Part shown: piece by piece, positions 57,838 to 64,000 of the stretch
Position numbering within the stretch: position 1 is the first letter of the stretch
Layout of the letters: each line of letters opens with the position of its first letter
Assembly (NCBI RefSeq): GCF_058153355.1
Contig: NZ_CM177019.1
Length of the DNA stretch: 64,000 nucleotides
Reading direction: 5' to 3' (one strand)
Program-made: the position numbers and the translations under genes
Notes under the pieces: generated by a model
Told to the model about the DNA's origin: nothing
What the model saw: only the letters and a program-made list of their open reading frames with translations
Databases searched by the model: none

Positions 57838-58206
57838 TTAGTAGTCGCGCGCTTCCAGCTTTTTCAGCTCTTCCTGCGCTTCTGCCAGTTTCCGTTCGCG
57901 TTTGGCAATCTTATCGACATCGCCTTTTTGCTTCGCCTCGGCTAAATCTTGCTGGCGTTCCGCCACCTCATCTTTCTGCTTTGCGATTTTCTTCTGATGA
58001 TCGGCACGCAGCTGGCTATCTGAACAGTTGGCCCGGACTTCACTCAGGGCTTTATTCAGACCGTCAATATGATTCTGGTTTTGGTGTTTTTCGGCATAGC
58101 TGATCTCCTTAAGGATATTTTGCTCCTTTTCCTGACACAGGGTAGTGGCATAACTACCGGTACTAAGAGCAAAAAGAGAAACAGCTAAAGCGATGCGGTA
58201 TTTCAT
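57838..58206 (-). CDS. yqjC: DUF1090 periplasmic protein YqjC
   Basis: ORF 57838-58221; start at MKYRIALAVSLFALS (signal peptide). Confidence 0.85.
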   Translation of the reverse strand: MKYRIALAVSLFALSTGSYATTLCQEKEQNILKEISYAEKHQNQNHIDGLNKALSEVRANCSDSQLRADHQKKIAKQKDEVAERQQDLAEAKQKGDVDKIAKRERKLAEAQEELKKLEARDY

Positions 58207-58352
58207 TCTTGAACCTTCCATTGTGATTCGGACCTATTACAAAGGAACGATTGTCCAGACAACGAAGCGGTAGTGTTAACCACCGCCTCATTAATCATAG
58301 ACAGTTACGGTGAAATCACCAAAGTGAGTGATCTGTTTCGGATAACAGGAAG

Positions 58353-58736
58353 TTATCCGAAGCGATGAGAGTTATCCCGCAATCGGGTTAGCCACTGCAT
58401 AGCCTGACTATTATTGTCCTGCTGCGCAATGATGTAGCCATGGGGCAATGTTCTGTCGAGAACCGCTTTTGCTGCGGCACTCTGGTCACTGGAGTCAAAC
58501 GTAATTAACAGAGTGTCGTTTTTAGGGGTGATGCTTTTGAAAGGAATGCCGTGAGCGTCAAGGTGATGCCAGATTGAAAAACCGTCTGGCATCGTTGTGC
58601 CTTGATGAACGGCACGAATCGCCAGCGTAGACTCTTGCTGGCGAACCGCGGACCAGGCCAGCAACAGCGTGCCGACCAGAAGTAAAACAGCGCCGGACCA
58701 GGTTAGCTGGCGAAGCGACATGCGAGGTATTTGCAT
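58353..58736 (-). CDS. mzrA: Modulator of EnvZ/OmpR, MzrA (YqjB)
   Basis: 127 aa with N-terminal TM segment. Confidence 0.88.
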   Translation of the reverse strand: MQIPRMSLRQLTWSGAVLLLVGTLLLAWSAVRQQESTLAIRAVHQGTTMPDGFSIWHHLDAHGIPFKSITPKNDTLLITFDSSDQSAAAKAVLDRTLPHGYIIAQQDNNSQAMQWLTRLRDNSHRFG

Positions 58737-58739
58737 CCC

Positions 58740-59402
58740 TTACCCCCGATTTCCATATTTCTTTTTCCATAACACGACCAGAGAACCTGCCAGGCCAAAC
58801 ACCAGCAGCACCACCGGGAGCAGCATCAGGCATGACATCAGCTGGTCCTCGTACTTTAAAAATACCGGCGTTTTGCCGAGCATGTAACCCAGAGTTGTCA
58901 GGATTAATACCCACAGCAGACCGCTCATCCAGTTGAAGAACTGAAAGCGCGCGTTATTCAGCCCTGATAACCCGGCAATCGTCGGCAGCAGTGTTCTGAC
59001 AAACGCAATAAAGCGACCAATTAACAGCGCCGATAAACCGTGTTTATGAAAAAGATGGTGTGCGCGTTGATGATAATGCGCGGGTAAATGAGATAGCCAG
59101 TTTTGTACGGTGCGGGTATTGCCCAGCCATCGCCCCTGAATATAGCTGACCCAGCAGCCGAGGCTGGCGGCAACGGTCAGTAGCAGAATCGTTTGCGGAT
59201 AGCCCATCGCGCCTTTCGCAATCAATACGCCGACCAACACCAGTAAACTGTCGCCCGGTAAAAAGGCCGCCGGAAGCAAGCCGTTTTCAAGGAACAAAAT
59301 TACAAATAAAACAAAATAGAGCATGCCAATCATCGACGGATTGGCCAGGGTTTCAAAATCCTGCGCCCACAGGGCTTGCAGCAATTGGGTCAAAAGTTCC
59401 AT
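58740..59402 (-). CDS. yqjA: DedA-family inner-membrane protein YqjA
   Basis: 220 aa DedA/SNARE-associated family. Confidence 0.9.
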   Translation of the reverse strand: MELLTQLLQALWAQDFETLANPSMIGMLYFVLFVILFLENGLLPAAFLPGDSLLVLVGVLIAKGAMGYPQTILLLTVAASLGCWVSYIQGRWLGNTRTVQNWLSHLPAHYHQRAHHLFHKHGLSALLIGRFIAFVRTLLPTIAGLSGLNNARFQFFNWMSGLLWVLILTTLGYMLGKTPVFLKYEDQLMSCLMLLPVVLLVFGLAGSLVVLWKKKYGNRG

Positions 59403-59746
59403 TCATTATTCCTGGTGAATCGGTTAACGCCACGCTGGTTTTAAAAGATGCACTACCGCAATGTTATTGCTTTTTTGGTATGTTCTGCGGGTTTGATACA
59501 TCAACACAGCCTGAACTATTCCCTGTTAAATCGTGAGATAAGAAAGCATTCAAAAGCATAAATTCAAATTGAATCTAATTGTAACAAAGGTCAACGTTGT
59601 TCGTTATCAAAATTACATGTCCGTGGTGTCTGATTTTGCTGAATGCAGGGGAGGGTGGCGAGAGGATTTACACAGGCTGACACTTTATACTTTTCGCTTA
59701 CCGACGAGGCAAACAGGCGCGTCGTTGCGCCTGCCGAATGGGGATT

Positions 59747-60523
59747 TCATTTGCTGCCGCTTGTGGCCGTATCAAGATGCACAACGGGATTTTCGGCGAA
59801 CAGATAGCGGTCGGCATTGAACTCGAAATCGTCGCTGGTTTCGTTAAATAACATGATCTTGGTGTTTTCCAGGTGCTGCCACATTGCCAGCTTAGCAGCA
59901 TGGGGATCCTTGCGAATTAACGCTTTGAGGATCTGATCGTGGTCATCGCACCAGTTATCGACAGTACGGGCATCAATATGCTCGTGCAGTTTTTTCCAGT
60001 ATGGGTTATGGCCACGTTGGGTCCACATTTTTTCAACGATGGCTGCCAGGGCGGAGTTCTGCGTCGCCAGGGCAACCTGAATATGGAACTGTAAATCCCA
60101 TTCGGAATCACGGAAGCATTGTTCGCCGCGCGCCTGCTCCTGGATGGCCATCAGTTTCATGATGTCCTGTTTAGTTACCTGGGTCGCTGCGAACTCGGCA
60201 ATATTACTTTCGATGAGCTGACGTGCCTGAAGCAGCTCAAACGGACCGTAATTGGCGAATTCCATATTAGTGTCAGCCGACTGCTGATGGCGCGGCTGGT
60301 TGGAAACCACATGAATACCCGAGCCTTTACGCACCTCTACATAGCCTTCAACTTCAAGCATGATGATGGCTTCACGAACCACGGTGCGACTGACGTTTTT
60401 TTCATCGGCAATAAAGCGTTCAGCAGGCAGTTTATCACCCACCAGATAGACGCCCTGTTCGATGCGCTCTTTCAGATCAGCGGCAAGTTGTTGATACAAA
60501 CGGCGTGGTTCAGTGATTTCCAT
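59747..60523 (-). CDS. exuR: GntR-family hexuronate regulon repressor ExuR
   Basis: 258 aa, GntR HTH + FCD domain. Confidence 0.9.
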   Translation of the reverse strand: MEITEPRRLYQQLAADLKERIEQGVYLVGDKLPAERFIADEKNVSRTVVREAIIMLEVEGYVEVRKGSGIHVVSNQPRHQQSADTNMEFANYGPFELLQARQLIESNIAEFAATQVTKQDIMKLMAIQEQARGEQCFRDSEWDLQFHIQVALATQNSALAAIVEKMWTQRGHNPYWKKLHEHIDARTVDNWCDDHDQILKALIRKDPHAAKLAMWQHLENTKIMLFNETSDDFEFNADRYLFAENPVVHLDTATSGSK

Positions 60524-60816
60524 ATGCGTCTCCCGGAGTGGAATGCGGACAAAGTTATCATACCACTTTATTCAAGGGTATGCCACGGTAGTTTTATTAC
60601 TCGCATCTATCTAAAATTAATATATATATGTATTTTTTATCTTTATATATTCCTAAATTTCAGCAGGTGATATTGCTGTGGTCTATATTTTTCAGTAAGT
60701 TAACCATTCTTTCAGAAAATACAATTTATATTGTCAATAGATTATTGCTTTGACATTTACCCTCTCAATCAATCTAATGTGCGCATTCGGTAACTTTCGT
60801 AAAAGAAAATATCATT

Positions 60817-61527
60817 GTGAAATGCATAAGAGTTCTATTTGTTCTGGTTTGTATTATTTTATTTTGGTCAATGCCAGGACAAGCAAATATGACGGTCTAT
60901 CCTATGTCTGTATCTATAAACAGTCAGGGAGAAGGAAGTGTTCGTGTAATATCGAAAACGGATGAAGTACAATATATAAAGGCAACAGTATTTCGTATCG
61001 ATAATCCATCAACACCACAAGAAAAAGAAATAGAAGTAACTTCAGGCGATGCAAACCAACTAGTGGTGATACCGCCCAAATTTGCTTTGCCTGGCGGTAG
61101 TAGCAAAACCGTACGTTTTGTGGCAATGGAACCTGAGCAAAAAGAAAAAAACTATCGGGTTAAATTTGCAGCTGTACCCAGCATTGATGATGCAACAGCT
61201 AATAAAAAAGATCTCTCCATGCAATTAACGGTTAACTTAATTTGGGGGATTGTTGTCAGCGTGCCACCTCAGCAGCCTGTGGCAAAGTTAGATATAAATG
61301 CCGATAAAAAGTTAATCAATAATGGCAATCAACGTCTTAAGATATTAACCATTGACTATTGTAAAAAAAGTGGCTCTGCGGAATGCAGAACACAGACCGT
61401 AAATAAAAACATTTTCCCTGGTCAGGAAAGAAGTTTAGAAGGCATATCTGGCTACGATAAAATCGTTGTCAAATATAATAACTGGATCACCAAGGATAAT
61501 GGCGAGTTTGAACTGGCGGTTCATTAA
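60817..61527 (+). CDS. Periplasmic fimbrial assembly chaperone, CS1/CFA-I (class 5) type, putative
   Basis: 236 aa, GTG start, signal peptide, low-GC; first gene of chaperone / major subunit / usher order. Confidence 0.6.
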   Translation: MKCIRVLFVLVCIILFWSMPGQANMTVYPMSVSINSQGEGSVRVISKTDEVQYIKATVFRIDNPSTPQEKEIEVTSGDANQLVVIPPKFALPGGSSKTVRFVAMEPEQKEKNYRVKFAAVPSIDDATANKKDLSMQLTVNLIWGIVVSVPPQQPVAKLDINADKKLINNGNQRLKILTIDYCKKSGSAECRTQTVNKNIFPGQERSLEGISGYDKIVVKYNNWITKDNGEFELAVH

Positions 61528-61556
61528 TTATCATTGTAATAAACAAAGGAATAGTA

Positions 61557-62057
61557 ATGAAAAAGGTATTCGCAAAATCCCTTCTGGTAGCGGCAATGTT
61601 TTCCGTTGCAGGTTCTGCATTAGCAGTACAAAAAGATATCACTGTTACTGCCAACGTTGATGCTGCTCTGGATATGACTCAGACAGATAACAGCGCACTG
61701 CCGAAAGCAGTTGAAATGCAATATCTGCCGGGGCAGGGCCTGCAATCTTACCAGTTAATGACCAAAATCTGGTCAAATGACACGACCAAAGACGTGAAAA
61801 TGCAGTTAGTTTCTCCTGCACAACTGGTTCAAAGCCTGGACGCTACTAAAGTTGTTCCGCTGACTGTTACCTGGGGCGGTGAAGAGATTAAAGCTGATGC
61901 GGCAACCACTTTTACTGCAACAAAAATCTTTGCTTCCGATGCGTTAACTAACGGTTCGCTGGCTAAACCACTGATGTTTGCTCAAGCCACCAAAGGTGTT
62001 CTGGAAACAGGTATTTACAGTGGCGTAGTCAGCATTTATCTGTCCCAGGATATCTAA
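61557..62057 (+). CDS. Class 5 (CFA/I-CS1-like) fimbrial major subunit
   Basis: 166 aa; signal peptide then AVQKDITVTANVDAALDMTQTDNSALP, resembling the CooA/CfaB N-terminus by recall; C-terminal GIYSGVVSIYLSQ. Confidence 0.7.
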   Translation: MKKVFAKSLLVAAMFSVAGSALAVQKDITVTANVDAALDMTQTDNSALPKAVEMQYLPGQGLQSYQLMTKIWSNDTTKDVKMQLVSPAQLVQSLDATKVVPLTVTWGGEEIKADAATTFTATKIFASDALTNGSLAKPLMFAQATKGVLETGIYSGVVSIYLSQDI

Positions 62058-62147
62058 TCCTAATAACAGAATTAACATGTAATAAAGGGAGGAAATTCCT
62101 CCCTTCTTTTAACTATTTTAGTATTTATTATGGATTACAGGACTGCC

Positions 62148-64000
62148 ATGGATAAAAAACTACTGGCTCTTTTGATCCTGGCGAGTATCAGCCCGGCAAA
62201 GGCAACATTAACAAAAATCCCCGCTGGTTTCGAGATTATTGCTCAAGGACAGCAGGAGTATATCGAGGTTTATTTTGCAGGGAAAAGTCTCGGTAAATAC
62301 TATGCAATGGTTAATCTTGATACCATAACATTTCTGGACTCATCGAGTTTATACAGTAAACTGGAATTGAACACCGACGATCAAAAAATCGCACGTACAG
62401 TGAAAGAAAAACTATCGCAACCGTTAGCTCGCCATGGTGAACTGGCTTGTGGCTTTGTACGTACTGATTCAGGCTGTGGTTTTCTTAATACTGAGACGGT
62501 AGAAATAATCTTCAATGATGAGGAAAGTTCAGCAACGCTCTTTCTCAATCCGCAATGGAGTTCTGCGTTTGATACGAAATCATTGTATTTAAATCCTGAC
62601 AAAAATACGGTTAACGCGTTTATACATCAGCAAGATATTAATGTGCTGGTACAGGACGATTACCAATCGTTGTCAATTCAAGGTAATGGTGCGCAGGGAA
62701 TAACAGAAAATAGTTATATTGGCGCCCACTGGAATTTCAACGGTTATGATGGTGATGATATCAGTGACAGTAATGCTGATGTCAGCGATCTCTATTATCG
62801 CTACGATTTTTTACGTCGTTATTATGTGCAGGCGGGGCGGATGGACAACCGCACATTATTTAATGCACAAGGTGGTAACTTTACGTTTAACTTTCTGCCA
62901 CTCGGTGCAATCGACGGAATGCGTATCGGGTCGACGCTCAGTTATTTAAACCAGACGCAAAGCCAGCAGGGAACCCCGGTAATGGTTTTGCTTTCGCGCA
63001 ATTCACGTGTTGATGCTTATCGTAATGAACAACTTTTGGGGTCGTTTTACCTCAATAGCGGTTCGCAATTTATTGATACCAATTCCTTTCCGCCAGGCAG
63101 TTACAGCGTGGCGTTAAAAGTCTATGAAAATAACCAACTCACCCGCACTGAGCTCGTGCCATTTACCAAAACCGGCGGTCTGACAGACGGAAATGCCCAG
63201 TGGTTTTTACAGGCGGGGAAAACCACATCTCAAGCTTCTGATGATGAAAGTTCGGCTTATCAGCTGGGTGTGCGCCTGCCATTACATCCGCAATATGAGC
63301 TCTATGCAGGGCTGGCGAATGCAGATGATGTTAGTGCCTTCGAGTTAGGCAATAACTGGACAGCAGATTTAGGCGTGGCAGGGAATCTACTCATCAACGC
63401 CAGCGTGTTCCGTAACGATGATGGTGGCAAAGGTGATATGCAACAGGCTAACTGGAGTCAATCGGGATGGCCGACATTGGGCTTTTATCGTACCAACTCT
63501 GATGGTGATGTTTGTACAACCGACAACCGAGAAAGCTACAACGCCTTAAGCTGTTATGAAAGCATCTCCGCGACGATTTCACAGAATCTTGTAGGCTGGA
63601 ACATGATGCTGGGTTATACCCGTACGCAAAATAACACGAATGACAATCTGCGTTGGGACAAACAGCAGAGCTTTGAAAATAACTATCTTCGCCAGACGAC
63701 GGCGCAAAGTATTTCCGAAACTTTACAACTCAGTGCTTCCCGCGCTTTCGTGATGCGTGACTGGATTTTGAGTACTACTGTTGGTGTTTTCCATCGTAAT
63801 GACAATGGGGATGATAACGACGATAACGGCTTGTACTTATCGTTTTCGTTATCTGATACGCCAACGATGGATAGCAATAACAACAGCTATTTAACCAATG
63901 TTTCTACTGACTATCGTTATAGCGATCAGGATGGCGATCAAACGTCATGGCAGTTATCTCATACCTTTTATAACGACTCATTCAGCCATAAAGAGCTTGG
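62148..64000 (+). CDS. Fimbrial outer-membrane usher (class 5-like), N-terminal ~617 codons; continues past window end
   Basis: Long open frame from ATG 62148 to window edge (MDKKLLALLILASISPAKA signal), N/D/Y/G-rich beta-barrel-like sequence. Confidence 0.65.
   Translation, partial: MDKKLLALLILASISPAKATLTKIPAGFEIIAQGQQEYIEVYFAGKSLGKYYAMVNLDTITFLDSSSLYSKLELNTDDQKIARTVKEKLSQPLARHGELACGFVRTDSGCGFLNTETVEIIFNDEESSATLFLNPQWSSAFDTKSLYLNPDKNTVNAFIHQQDINVLVQDDYQSLSIQGNGAQGITENSYIGAHWNFNGYDGDDISDSNADVSDLYYRYDFLRRYYVQAGRMDNRTLFNAQGGNFTFNFLPLGAIDGMRIGSTLSYLNQTQSQQGTPVMVLLSRNSRVDAYRNEQLLGSFYLNSGSQFIDTNSFPPGSYSVALKVYENNQLTRTELVPFTKTGGLTDGNAQWFLQAGKTTSQASDDESSAYQLGVRLPLHPQYELYAGLANADDVSAFELGNNWTADLGVAGNLLINASVFRNDDGGKGDMQQANWSQSGWPTLGFYRTNSDGDVCTTDNRESYNALSCYESISATISQNLVGWNMMLGYTRTQNNTNDNLRWDKQQSFENNYLRQTTAQSISETLQLSASRAFVMRDWILSTTVGVFHRNDNGDDNDDNGLYLSFSLSDTPTMDSNNNSYLTNVSTDYRYSDQDGDQTSWQLSHTFYNDSFSHKEL

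Overview
This window reads as an Escherichia coli chromosomal segment, reversed relative to the K-12 map as I recall it. The backbone runs ubiV-ubiU / ubiT-yhbS-yhbQ-yhbP-yhbO-yraR-yraQ-dolP-diaA-yraN-lpoA-rsmI, then a complete aga/kba (N-acetylgalactosamine/galactosamine) cluster, garDPLRK, rnpB, yhaC-yhaB, tdcR/tdcABCDEFG, cyuP-cyuA, yhaLKJIH, yqjGFKEDC-mzrA-yqjA and exuR. All assignments come from reading the six-frame translations and recalling protein families; no database search was run. Against that backbone four accessory differences stand out: (1) a ~8 kb chb-paralogous PTS sugar island between agaR and garD, where K-12 carries prlF-yhaV; (2) a CFA/I-CS1-like (class 5) fimbrial operon directly upstream of exuR, where K-12 has exuT; (3) no yraHIJK fimbrial operon between rsmI and agaI; (4) an intact agaW-agaE-agaF-agaA segment that K-12 lacks. 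Three transporter genes carry apparent inactivating lesions: agaB (in-frame TAG), the island PTS IIC (1-nt loss in a homopolymer) and cyuP/yhaO (frameshift). Other structure includes AgaR operator-like motifs, several REP/BIME clusters and a ~178 bp tandem duplication between yqjG and yqjF. The best candidate for an undescribed system is the chb-like island, which has an AgaR-like DeoR regulator, a NagK-like kinase and a Cys-rich Gfo/Idh/MocA oxidoreductase but no EIIA; the AT-rich yhaC-yhaB pair is a second candidate. No CRISPR array, tRNA, IS element or integrase was seen.
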